This document shows positions 36,491-45,623 of a stretch of 53,101 nt of DNA, piece after piece. The translations under genes were made by a program, and so were the position numbers. The stretch comes from Flavobacteriales bacterium (GTDB taxonomy: Bacteria; Bacteroidota; Bacteroidia; CAIKAF01), in assembly GCA_040376605.1 (NCBI GenBank), contig JBEIQI010000002.1:1-53101 (forward strand), written 5' to 3'. The notes under the pieces are model-generated. The model made no database searches and was not told where the DNA came from. It was given only the letters and a program-made list of their open reading frames with translations. The first letter of the stretch is position 1; each line of letters begins with the position of its first letter.

Positions 36491-38320
36491 ATGAGTGAAA
36501 TGCACACTACACATGTAGACAGCCACACTGGAGCACATCATGATCACGATCATCATGATCACCATCACAAGCAGTCTTTCATTACCAAATACGTATTCAG
36601 TCAGGATCATAAAATGATCTCTAAGCAGTTTTTGATTACTGGTATGATTATGGGATTTGTGGGAATGATGTTAAGTATGTTCTTCCGTATTCAACTCGGA
36701 TGGCCTAATCAGCCCAACCCAATTCTTGAGACATTTTTAGGGAAATGGGCACCAGGTGGAGTAATGGATCCTAACTTTTATTTAACGGCAGTTACTATTC
36801 ACGGAACCATTATCGTATTCATGGTATTAACTGCGGGTTTATCAGGAACGTTTTCGAACTTATTAATTCCATTACAAATTGGAGCAAGAGATATGGCCTC
36901 GCCATTCCTAAACATGCTTTCATATTGGTTCTTCTTCTTATCCAGCTTCTTAATGTTGATCTCTTTGTTTGTTGAAACAGGGGGTGCATCAGGTGGCTGG
37001 GTTGTTTATCCTCCATTATCTGCGTTGCCTGAAGCTTCACCAGGGTCTGGATTAGGTATGACCTTATGGTTATTTTCAATCATTGCTTTCATTGTTTCAG
37101 TTCTATTGGGTGGATTAAATTATATCACAACAGTAATCAACTTAAGAACAAAAGGAATGTCGATGACTAGATTGCCACTTTCAGTATGGGCTTTCTTAAT
37201 TACAGCTATTCTAGCATTGATGTCTTTCCCTGTTTTATTATCTGCTGGTTTATTGTTAACCTTCGATAGAAGCATGGGTACCAGTTTCTTCTTGTCTGAT
37301 ATTTTTGTAAGTGGTCAGGCACTTGAACAAACAGGTGGCAGCCCAATCTTGTTCCAGCATTTATTTTGGTTCTTAGGCCATCCAGAGGTATATATTATTT
37401 TGATTCCATCATTAGGAATTACTTCAGAAGTTTTAGCGATCAATTCGCGTAAACCTATTTTCGGATATAGAGCAATGGTGGCTTCGATGTTAGCTATAGC
37501 CTTCTTGTCATTTATTGTTTGGGGTCACCATATGTATATTACTGGTATGAATCCATTCTTAGGTTCTGTATTCGTATTTACCACCTTGTTGATTGCGATT
37601 CCTTCTGCTATTAAAGCGTTCAACTACATTACCACTTTATGGAAAGGTAATATCCGCTTTACTCCAGGCATGCTTTTTGGAGTTGGTGTGGTTTCCTTAT
37701 TTATCACTGGTGGAGTAACAGGATTGATCCTTGCAGACTCTGCGTTGGATGTGAATCTTCATAATACTTATTTCGTGGTTGCTCACTTCCATATTGTAAT
37801 GGGTGTTGCATCTATGTTCGGAACATTTGCCGGAGTTTACCATTGGTTCCCTCGTATGTTTGGAAGAATGATGAATAACAAGTTGGGTTATGTGCATTTC
37901 TGGCTAACCTTAACTGCAGCTTATGGAGTATTCTTCCCTATGCACTATCTAGGTTTGGCGGGTGTACCACGTAGATATTATAACTATACCTCTTTTGAAA
38001 TGTTTAATGGATTTGCCGACATTAATATGGTGATTTCTTGTTTTGCATTCTTGGGTGGTTTCGCTCAATTAATATTCTTCTTCAACTTTATTTATAGTTC
38101 ATTAAAAGGTCCAAAAGCTCCTAAGAATCCTTGGGGTGCTGCAACACTTGAGTGGACTGCACCGGTTGAACATATCCATGGAACCTGGCCAGGTGAAATT
38201 CCAACTGTACATCGTTGGGCTTATGACTATAGTCTACCTGGAAAAGAGGAAGACTTTATCCCTCAGGATGTTCCTTATACAGAAGCGGAACTGAAGGAAA
38301 TGGAAAATCAAAAGCATTAA
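36491..38320 (+). CDS. ctaD: Cytochrome c oxidase subunit I (haem-copper oxidase) with His-rich N-terminal extension
   Basis: 609 aa with the motifs WFLGHPEVYI, GHHMYITG and VAHFHIVMG. Residues 5-26 contain 11 His. Confidence 0.9.
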   Translation: MSEMHTTHVDSHTGAHHDHDHHDHHHKQSFITKYVFSQDHKMISKQFLITGMIMGFVGMMLSMFFRIQLGWPNQPNPILETFLGKWAPGGVMDPNFYLTAVTIHGTIIVFMVLTAGLSGTFSNLLIPLQIGARDMASPFLNMLSYWFFFLSSFLMLISLFVETGGASGGWVVYPPLSALPEASPGSGLGMTLWLFSIIAFIVSVLLGGLNYITTVINLRTKGMSMTRLPLSVWAFLITAILALMSFPVLLSAGLLLTFDRSMGTSFFLSDIFVSGQALEQTGGSPILFQHLFWFLGHPEVYIILIPSLGITSEVLAINSRKPIFGYRAMVASMLAIAFLSFIVWGHHMYITGMNPFLGSVFVFTTLLIAIPSAIKAFNYITTLWKGNIRFTPGMLFGVGVVSLFITGGVTGLILADSALDVNLHNTYFVVAHFHIVMGVASMFGTFAGVYHWFPRMFGRMMNNKLGYVHFWLTLTAAYGVFFPMHYLGLAGVPRRYYNYTSFEMFNGFADINMVISCFAFLGGFAQLIFFFNFIYSSLKGPKAPKNPWGAATLEWTAPVEHIHGTWPGEIPTVHRWAYDYSLPGKEEDFIPQDVPYTEAELKEMENQKH

Positions 38321-38329
38321 AATATTAAT

Positions 38330-38355
38330 CCCGACAATATGTCGGGATTTTTTTT
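38330..38355 (+). terminator. Rho-independent terminator of the ACIII-cox operon
   Basis: CCCGACA-ATA-TGTCGGG hairpin followed by A and then T8, starting 10 nt after the ctaD stop. Confidence 0.8.
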
Positions 38356-38421
38356 GGACAAAATTTTAGGTAATCAGTATCATTCAATTAAACTTTATAA
38401 TTCATATAGTCTAAGATTCTT

Positions 38422-38429
38422 TATCTTTG
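38422..38429 (+). promoter_or_regulatory. Bacteroidota -7 box (TAnnTTTG)
   Basis: TATCTTTG lies 27 nt upstream of the ATG at 38457. Confidence 0.35.
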
Positions 38430-38456
38430 GTTGTTAATACCCTTAAAAACCCGAGC

Positions 38457-40217
38457 ATGAAAACACTATGTACTATTATTTTTACAGTTTTGGTTGCCTT
38501 AACCGGATATACTCAACCATTGGGATGGAATCATTCCCAAGTTATAGCAGTAACGGAAAATTCCGGAGCCAATCTTTATGATTATCAATTAAGAATGCAT
38601 TTTGATTCACAATCTTTGATTGCGGCTGGTGAAATGAATTCTGATTGCAGTGACTTACGCTTTGGTAATTTATGTGATGCAGCTAATTTAAATTATTGGA
38701 TTGAATCAGGTATTAACTCAGATTCAACGGTAGTATGGGTAAAGTTGGATAGTATTTTGGCTAATGACACCAGAAATATATTTCTATTTTATGGCAACCC
38801 ATTAGCTACTAGCAACTCATTAGCAACCGGAACATTTTTCGGACCTCATTCAGCAACGGATAGTGTAGCTTCAGGGGGTGCTGGAGGTGTTGCCGATAGC
38901 CAACGTGGATTTCGATTCACTCCCAACACGGATCTTCTGGTTACCTCTTTTGGTAAAAGGGAGCCGACTGGCACAACCCGATTTGTTACTCTTTTTGATT
39001 TTGTAACCCAGGCAATTATTGCTCAAACACAGGTTTCTGGGCCTGCTGCCCAGTATTCTTATTCAAACCTTGCTTCTCCTATTTGGCTTATTGGAGGAAC
39101 TCAATATGTTCTAGAACTTTTTCAAGGTGCTGGTGATGGATATTATTTTGGGACTTCCTCACAAATTGGTCAGCACATTACTTATGGTGATATGCGTTAT
39201 TGTAATAGTTGTACTGAAAATACATTCCCAACTAATACATTGACCAATTATCACTATGGTTATCCTGATCTCTGGTATTATACCCGAAATGTTGTAACCC
39301 CAGCTCCTACATTCACCTTAGGAGGCTCATTTTCAGTGAACATTGGACCCGACTCGTCCTATTGTGGTTCTGCTATTTTGGATGCTGGTAATGCCGGTAG
39401 TTCTTACCTATGGAGCAATGCCGCATCCTCTCAAAGCATTAATGTTGATACTTCTGGATTCTATTTTGTAACGGTTACAAATCCTCAAAACTGTGTAGCA
39501 TCCGATTCAATTAATATTGTTATTAACGCCATTCCAACTGTTGATTTATGTGCTGATACCAGTTTTTGTACTAGTGGTAATGTAATTGCTGCCGGTAATG
39601 GCTTCGAATTTATTTGGAGCAACTTGGATACTACTCAAACCATCAACGTAAATGCAACGGGCACCTATTCTGTATTAGTTTCTTCTATTGAAAATTGTTT
39701 TAACTCGGATACGATTGATGTAAACATCCTAGGACTTCCTTCCGTGGCTTTTGATTTGCTCATAGATACGGTTTGTACAAATTATGCCATATTTGGCCTA
39801 TCCAACGGTACTCCAGCTGGAGGTGTTTATAGCGGTACCGGTGTAAGCGCAGGTAATTTTGATCCTTCCGTAGGTGTCGGTAATTTTTTATTGACCTATA
39901 CCTATACGGATCTAAATGGATGCACGAATGATGAAATTGACAGTATCAGGGTAATTGGATGTGCTGGATTAGAAAATGAAAATGATTTGGACATCTCTAT
40001 TTATCCAAATCCTAATTCCGGTAGTTTTTACATTGAATGCTCAAATATAGATGAAACAAGTATTCTTCGTATTTACGATATCATTGGAAAAAACATTTAT
40101 TCGAAACCCATGTTTGGAAATATACATCAGGTTAACCTGATTACAGAGCCGGGCACATATATTATTGAAATAGCTACCAGCAAATCAGCAGTGAGGAAAA
40201 GGGTCATCATAAAATAG
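38457..40217 (+). CDS. Secreted DUF2341-like protein with tandem Cys-containing repeat modules and a T9SS C-terminal sorting domain
   Basis: Signal peptide MKTLCTIIFTVLVAL. DUF2341-like block CSDLRFGN...NYWIES...VVWVKL...IFLFYGNP. Two ~55-aa repeats (...YLWSN..SQSINV..SG.Y.V.V / ...FIWSNLDTTQTINVNATGTYSVLV). CTD SIYPNPNSGSFYIE...GTYIIEI. Confidence 0.7.
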   Translation: MKTLCTIIFTVLVALTGYTQPLGWNHSQVIAVTENSGANLYDYQLRMHFDSQSLIAAGEMNSDCSDLRFGNLCDAANLNYWIESGINSDSTVVWVKLDSILANDTRNIFLFYGNPLATSNSLATGTFFGPHSATDSVASGGAGGVADSQRGFRFTPNTDLLVTSFGKREPTGTTRFVTLFDFVTQAIIAQTQVSGPAAQYSYSNLASPIWLIGGTQYVLELFQGAGDGYYFGTSSQIGQHITYGDMRYCNSCTENTFPTNTLTNYHYGYPDLWYYTRNVVTPAPTFTLGGSFSVNIGPDSSYCGSAILDAGNAGSSYLWSNAASSQSINVDTSGFYFVTVTNPQNCVASDSINIVINAIPTVDLCADTSFCTSGNVIAAGNGFEFIWSNLDTTQTINVNATGTYSVLVSSIENCFNSDTIDVNILGLPSVAFDLLIDTVCTNYAIFGLSNGTPAGGVYSGTGVSAGNFDPSVGVGNFLLTYTYTDLNGCTNDEIDSIRVIGCAGLENENDLDISIYPNPNSGSFYIECSNIDETSILRIYDIIGKNIYSKPMFGNIHQVNLITEPGTYIIEIATSKSAVRKRVIIK

Positions 40218-40226
40218 ATTAACCTA

Positions 40227-40271
40227 GAATTATATAAAGGGGAACTTAAAGCGCCCCTTTATATGTAATTC
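40227..40271 (+). terminator. Long hairpin after the T9SS cargo gene (terminator-like, no clean U-tract)
   Basis: TATAAAGGGG (40233-40242) pairs with CCCCTTTATA (40254-40263). The stem is extended by GAATTA/TAATTC across a 2-nt bulge. Confidence 0.5.
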
Positions 40272-40378
40272 TAATTACAGAATACCCAATTATTGACAGC
40301 CTATACCAAGGAAGTTACCTAGTTTATAGAGGTTGTAGAGGGCTAATTGGGAGACGCCCTAAAAATCAACATTTTCCT

Positions 40379-40386
40379 TATTTTTG
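40379..40386 (+). promoter_or_regulatory. Bacteroidota -7 box (TAnnTTTG) upstream of metG
   Basis: TATTTTTG lies 17 nt before the ATG at 40404. It falls inside the ORF-track N-terminal extension, which argues against that extension. Confidence 0.4.
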
Positions 40387-40403
40387 TATTCAATATTCAC
40401 TAC

Positions 40404-42488
40404 ATGTCATTACCAAAAAGATATACCATTACCTCTGCATTACCTTATGCCAATGGCCCTTTGCATATTGGGCATATTGCCGGAGCCTACCTGCCCGCGG
40501 ATATTTATGTTAGGTATTTGCGTCTTTACAAAAGAGATGTAGCGTTTATTTGTGGCAGCGATGAACATGGGGCAGCCATAACCCTAAGAGCAAAAAAGGA
40601 AGGTACAACACCGAAAGAGATTATAGATAAATACCATACCATCAATAAAAAAGCCTTTGAGGATTTTGGTATTTCGTTTGATATTTATCACCGTACCAGC
40701 GATCCTTTGCATTATGAAACGGCACAAGAAATATTTACCAATCTTTTAAATAAAGGTAAATTAACGGTTGAGACCACCGAACAGTTTTACGATGAAGAGT
40801 TCAGCCAGTTTTTGGCCGATAGGTATATTATGGGTACTTGCCCCAAATGTGCTAATTCAAATGCGTATGGTGATCAATGCGAAAAATGTGGAACAGCTTT
40901 AAGTCCTACAGATTTAATTAACCCACATTCTATTTTAAGTAAAAAGCCACCAGTTTTAAAAACTACGCAGCATTGGTTTTTGCCCATGCAAGATTCTCAA
41001 CAATGGGTGGAGGAGTGGATAAGTACCGGAAAGTTTGATGGAATGGAGGCTCCTATTGTTGCGCATGATCCGGATAGCTGGAAAGGGAATGTAAAAGGAC
41101 AATGTTTAAGCTGGTTAAAGGATGGGTTGAGGCCAAGAGCTATGACCCGTGATTTGGATTGGGGCGTGCCGGTTCCTTTAAAGGATGCCGCCGGTAAGGT
41201 TTTATATGTTTGGTTAGATGCTCCTATAGGTTATATAAGTGCAACTAAACAATGGGCAAAAAATAAAGGGATCGACTGGGAGCCCTTTTGGAAAAGTTCA
41301 GATACCAAACTTTTACATTTTATTGGAAAGGATAATATTGTTTTTCATTGCATTATTTTCCCAATCATATTAAAAGAAAACGGAGGATATATTTTACCAG
41401 ATAATATTCCAGCGAATGAATTTTTGAATTTAGAAGGGGATAAATTATCGACATCTCGCAATCATGCGGTTTGGTTGCATGAATATTTAGAAGATTTTCC
41501 GGGACGTAAAGATGAATTACGTTATGTATTAAATAGCATTGCTCCTGAGAATGGGGATAGTGAGTTTACCTGGAAGGATTACCAAACTCGTGTGAATAGC
41601 GAGTTGCTTTCGATACTAGGAAATTATGTGAATCGGGTAATGGTTTTATACCACAAATACTTTGAAGGTAAAGTTGTAAGTACAACCGATCAATTGGATT
41701 TTACAGATGCCTCATTACACGATACCGTAGGAAAAGTTTATGATGCCTTAGGAAAGAATTTGGAGGAGTATAAATTCCGTCAAGCACAATTTGAAGCGAT
41801 GGAGCTGGCTCGTTTTGGGAATAAATATTTGACCGAGTTAGAGCCTTGGAAATTCTATGCCACTGATCCGGAAAAGGTAAGAGAAATCTTAAACAATCAT
41901 TTGATATTGATATTGCATCTGGCGGCTGTGATGCAACCTTTTATGCCTGATACTTCTAAGAAAATATTTGCCATGGTAAATATGCCAAAGGATAGTTATG
42001 GCTGGGAAGATCACCTCATCATTCCAAATGGACATCAACTGAATCCTGCAGCACATTTGTTTACCAAAATAGAAGATGAGGTAATAGAAAAACAATTGGC
42101 CAAATTGGAAGAGGCTAAAAAAATCAATGCAATTCAAGGCGATATACCAGCTCAAAAGGAAAATGTATCCTACGATGATTTTTCGAAAATGGATATTCGG
42201 GTAGGAACCATTTTAACGGCCGAAAAAGTGGCTAAAACCAAAAAACTATTAAAGCTTACTATCAACACAGGGCTTGATGAAAGAACCGTTGTAAGTGGGA
42301 TTGCCGAATATTATTCGCCCGAAGAAGTGGTCGGCCAGCAAGTATTGATCTTGGTTAATTTACAACCACGTATGTTAGCTGGTATCGAATCGCAAGGAAT
42401 GATATTAATGGCGGAGGCTCCGGATGGTACCTTGAAATTTGTGAATCCTAAGGATGGGAGTTCGCCAAATGGAGCAATAGTAAAATAG
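40404..42488 (+). CDS. metG: Methionine--tRNA ligase with C-terminal EMAP/Trbp111-like tRNA-binding domain
   Basis: HIGH (PLHIGH), zinc knuckle CPKCANSNAYGDQCEKCG, KMSKS variant KLSTS, and C-terminal MDIRVGTI...QPRMLAGIESQGMIL. Start at Met20 of the ORF. Confidence 0.9.
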   Translation: MSLPKRYTITSALPYANGPLHIGHIAGAYLPADIYVRYLRLYKRDVAFICGSDEHGAAITLRAKKEGTTPKEIIDKYHTINKKAFEDFGISFDIYHRTSDPLHYETAQEIFTNLLNKGKLTVETTEQFYDEEFSQFLADRYIMGTCPKCANSNAYGDQCEKCGTALSPTDLINPHSILSKKPPVLKTTQHWFLPMQDSQQWVEEWISTGKFDGMEAPIVAHDPDSWKGNVKGQCLSWLKDGLRPRAMTRDLDWGVPVPLKDAAGKVLYVWLDAPIGYISATKQWAKNKGIDWEPFWKSSDTKLLHFIGKDNIVFHCIIFPIILKENGGYILPDNIPANEFLNLEGDKLSTSRNHAVWLHEYLEDFPGRKDELRYVLNSIAPENGDSEFTWKDYQTRVNSELLSILGNYVNRVMVLYHKYFEGKVVSTTDQLDFTDASLHDTVGKVYDALGKNLEEYKFRQAQFEAMELARFGNKYLTELEPWKFYATDPEKVREILNNHLILILHLAAVMQPFMPDTSKKIFAMVNMPKDSYGWEDHLIIPNGHQLNPAAHLFTKIEDEVIEKQLAKLEEAKKINAIQGDIPAQKENVSYDDFSKMDIRVGTILTAEKVAKTKKLLKLTINTGLDERTVVSGIAEYYSPEEVVGQQVLILVNLQPRMLAGIESQGMILMAEAPDGTLKFVNPKDGSSPNGAIVK

Positions 42489-42544
42489 TATTCAGCTATA
42501 AATACATGGATCCCGACTTTCGTTGGGATCACCCTTTATATTTA

Positions 42545-42585
42545 CAGGGCAGTACAAACGAAGTTTGTGCTGCCCTGTTCCTTTT
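42545..42585 (+). terminator. Rho-independent terminator of metG
   Basis: 15-bp stem including one G-U pair (42545-42559 with 42563-42577), GAA loop, followed by TTCCTTTT. Confidence 0.7.
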
Positions 42586-42714
42586 AAACCGTTATCACGG
42601 CGCAGGCCGGGATCAGCTTGTTGAATTATGAAATAAACATTGCATATTTATGTTCGCAATATCACTTTTTTATATACTTTCATCAATTATTATTATTTAA
42701 TAAATTAATAACCT

Positions 42715-44246
42715 ATGAGTCTATTTAGAACAAAAGCCTTAAGCGATATGCTGGCATCAGCAGATTCGGAAAAGGGCTTAAAACGTACCTTGGGAGCCGG
42801 GAATTTAATTGCTCTGGGGATTGGGGCTATTATTGGTGCAGGACTTTTTGTTCGTACGGCCGCTGCTGCCGGACAAGCCGCCGGGCCTGCAGTTACCTTA
42901 GCCTTCGTTGTTGCAGCTATTGGCTGTTTATTTGCTGGACTTTGTTATGCAGAATTCGCATCCATGATTCCAATAGCAGGTAGTGCTTATGCTTATAGCT
43001 ATGTAACCATGGGGGAAATTGTTGCTTGGATTATTGGATGGGCATTGATTATGGAATATGCTTTAGGTGCGGCCACCGTGTCTATTGCTTGGAGTGAATA
43101 CTTAAACAATTTGCTGGGAGGTGCAATCCCCTACGAATGGTGCCATTCACCCTTCGAGATTTCGAAGGATGGCGTTCATGGTATGATGAACTTACCTGCA
43201 ATAGGTATTCTTGTTCTTTTAACAGCATTATTAATTAAGGGAACACAGGAATCTGCCTTTATCAATATGATTATTGTATTTGTTAAAGTGGCCATTGTAT
43301 TGTTATTCATTTTTATTGGATGGCAGTTTATCAACCCAGAAAATTATGCGCCTTATATGATTCCTGAGGGAACATCCCCTGTTTTAAATGCTGCAGGCGA
43401 AGTTCAATATAGCTATACTAGCTTCTTTAGACATGGATGGGGAGGAATTATTGGTGGAGCAGGAATTGTATTCTTTGCGTTCATTGGTTTTGATGCTGTT
43501 TCCACTGCGGCTCAGGAAGCTAAAATCCTAAGCGTGATATGCCAATTGGTATCCTGGGTTCATTAGTGGTTTGTACCATTCTATATATTCTTTTTGGACA
43601 CGTATTAACAGGTGTGGCTAACTGGAAAGATTTTGCAGATCCTGCTAAGGGAGGAGAGGCTTCGGTGGTTTATGCCATTCAAAACTTTATGCCTGGATAT
43701 GGATGGTTGGCAACTGCGGTAACTATTGCCATTCTTGCCGGGTTCTCTTCTGTAATTTTGGTAATGTTAATGGGACAAAGTCGTGTATTTTATACAATGA
43801 GCACCGACGGGTTATTACCAAAAGCATTTAGTGCTTTACATCCTAAATTTAAAACACCTTATAAAGCAAATATCATTTTGTTCGTTTTTGTGGGATTGTT
43901 TGCCGCATTTGTACCTATACATGTGGCGGGAGATCTAACCTCTTTTGGAACTTTATTTGCCTTTGTTTTGGTGAGTGTTGGTGTTTTAATTATGAGAATT
44001 AAATCACCGGAAATAAAGCGACCTTTTAGAACTCCATTTGCACCAGTAGTAGCAGTTTTAGGAGCATTAATCTGTACCTTGATGATTGTTGGTCTTGATC
44101 CTCAAACCCTATTAGTTGCAGCCATATGGATGCTATTTGGTTTAGTTATCTATTTCGCATACGGACGAAAAAGATCTAAGCTTCACAATCCAGTTGAGAT
44201 TATGCCTACCGCTTCTGACTTTGAATCAACCGATGAAAATCGATAG
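42715..44246 (+). pseudogene. APC-superfamily amino-acid permease (cationic amino acid transporter-like) interrupted by a -1 frameshift in an A-run
   Basis: ORFs 42715-43566 and 43539-44246 are the two halves of one ~510-aa permease. Adding one A to the A4 run at 43522-43525 restores ...STAAQEAKNPKRDMPIGILGSLVV... Confidence 0.8.
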
Positions 44247-44265
44247 ATATATTTTTCAATGAAAT

Positions 44266-44297
44266 AAAAAAGCCAGAAGATTTCTTCTGGCTTTTTT
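44266..44297. terminator. Bidirectional rho-independent terminator between convergent genes
   Basis: AGCCAGAAG-ATTT-CTTCTGGCT hairpin flanked by A5 on the left and T6 on the right. Confidence 0.8.
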
Positions 44298-44315
44298 ATT
44301 GATGCTTCAATTTGC

Positions 44316-45623
44316 TTATTTTTTAAATAATTTCTCCAACTCCGAAAAATTAGGAGAATAACTAATATTTCTTTTTAGTTCATGTTGATAAATTAGAAGG
44401 GATAGATTTTGTAGAAAAGGCATTCCAACATCAGCATAGTCATATTTGTTATCTAACATTATTCCATCCTTGTTAACATAAATGGTAGCGGATAAAAAGA
44501 ACTCTCTCTTGTTTTTAAAATCTGCCACATAGGCCGTTTCGGAAAGGAAACCATAGGCCATGGCTACTTTATTAAAGATTCGAACATGGGGCAAAATTTT
44601 GGCGGATTTACTCTGACCATAAAAGAAATAATTATTATAAGCAGGCCAGTATTCTTTGCAATCGTACAGAGGGTCTTCACATTCTTCAGGATAAACACCT
44701 AAATATTTTCTCATTAAATTTAAATCATCCTCGGTTAAATTTAATGAGACGTTTTTAGACAATTGTTGAGGAAAAAATATAACCATCATTAATTGATGAA
44801 CATGATGGAGTAGGAGGCGATTCGCATTTGAGAAATCCTTACCACCCTTTATTTTTTTTCTGCCATCCATGATATAATTTCCTACCATAAATGTTGAATC
44901 TTTGGTATGCTGATATTTTTCGTTGTATTGCTCAGGCTGTCGATAAAGTAAATTACTATCCACATCAAAAAAATTAATTGCATTGGTATATCGATTGCCT
45001 TCTTCGTCGCATTCGCTGGCAAAACGTTGAATGATTTTCGAACCGGTAAACCCTAATGCTGCTAATTTATTCTGGATATATTCCTGTCCCAGAAATTCAT
45101 ACAATCTTTTATAGGGCTTATTTTCACTAATAACTAACGTTCGTTTAATATAGTGGGCAACATTGGGGTATTTACAAACACAGGTGGAGTCCCACACCTC
45201 CGGTTCCTGGCAATCGTAATTTTGTTCAACTAAAAGGGGCGAATATTTACTTACACCAAATGATTGCAGGTCATTATTTATTTTATCCATGGAGAACAAA
45301 CAAGCCGGAATCTTAACCAAGCTGGCCGGATTAAAATAATCTTGGTCATTTAATCTCCAAGTATGATTTGTAAAAGTTGGATTATTCTTTTCATCTCGAT
45401 CTATTTGTGTATAGATGATTTGAATCTTATAAAAATCAGGGAAGTTATAATACGAAGAAAAAAAGGAAGATTGTGTTTTTAATAAACTATCAATTAATGG
45501 AGAAAAACTATTTTCGGAAAATGATAGTTGGGAAAACGAAATATTAAAACTGTATAAATAGAAAATCAGGCAACTAAGGGTTGTCTTTAGAATTGGATAT
45601 TTTCTTATTCGGACTAATTGCAT
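44316..45623 (-). CDS. Serine hydrolase, class A beta-lactamase-like fold (function unknown)
   Basis: 435 aa with an N-terminal signal/anchor, an SxxK-type motif in NPASLVKIPACLFSM and an SxN-type motif in VISEN. The first 50 nt overlap the upstream permease gene, so the start is uncertain. Confidence 0.5.
   Translation of the reverse strand: MQLVRIRKYPILKTTLSCLIFYLYSFNISFSQLSFSENSFSPLIDSLLKTQSSFFSSYYNFPDFYKIQIIYTQIDRDEKNNPTFTNHTWRLNDQDYFNPASLVKIPACLFSMDKINNDLQSFGVSKYSPLLVEQNYDCQEPEVWDSTCVCKYPNVAHYIKRTLVISENKPYKRLYEFLGQEYIQNKLAALGFTGSKIIQRFASECDEEGNRYTNAINFFDVDSNLLYRQPEQYNEKYQHTKDSTFMVGNYIMDGRKKIKGGKDFSNANRLLLHHVHQLMMVIFFPQQLSKNVSLNLTEDDLNLMRKYLGVYPEECEDPLYDCKEYWPAYNNYFFYGQSKSAKILPHVRIFNKVAMAYGFLSETAYVADFKNKREFFLSATIYVNKDGIMLDNKYDYADVGMPFLQNLSLLIYQHELKRNISYSPNFSELEKLFKK

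Noticed and set aside
38328-42530. Two hairpins share the core ATCCCGAC...G(T/U)(C/T)GGGAT (38328-38347 and 42509-42530), which hinted at a dispersed repeat or REP-like element.
   Set aside because: There are only two copies. The shared segment is about 8 nt, and the loops and flanks differ. This is most simply explained as independent terminator-type hairpins.
45574-45623. 50-nt overlap between the end of the APC permease gene and the annotated start of the serine-hydrolase-like gene, considered as a possible programmed frameshift or fusion.
   Set aside because: Both reading frames are intact, and the overlap is simply explained by a mis-assigned start. There is no in-frame ATG alternative, but non-ATG starts are possible. 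There is no slippery sequence or homology evidence for a fusion.
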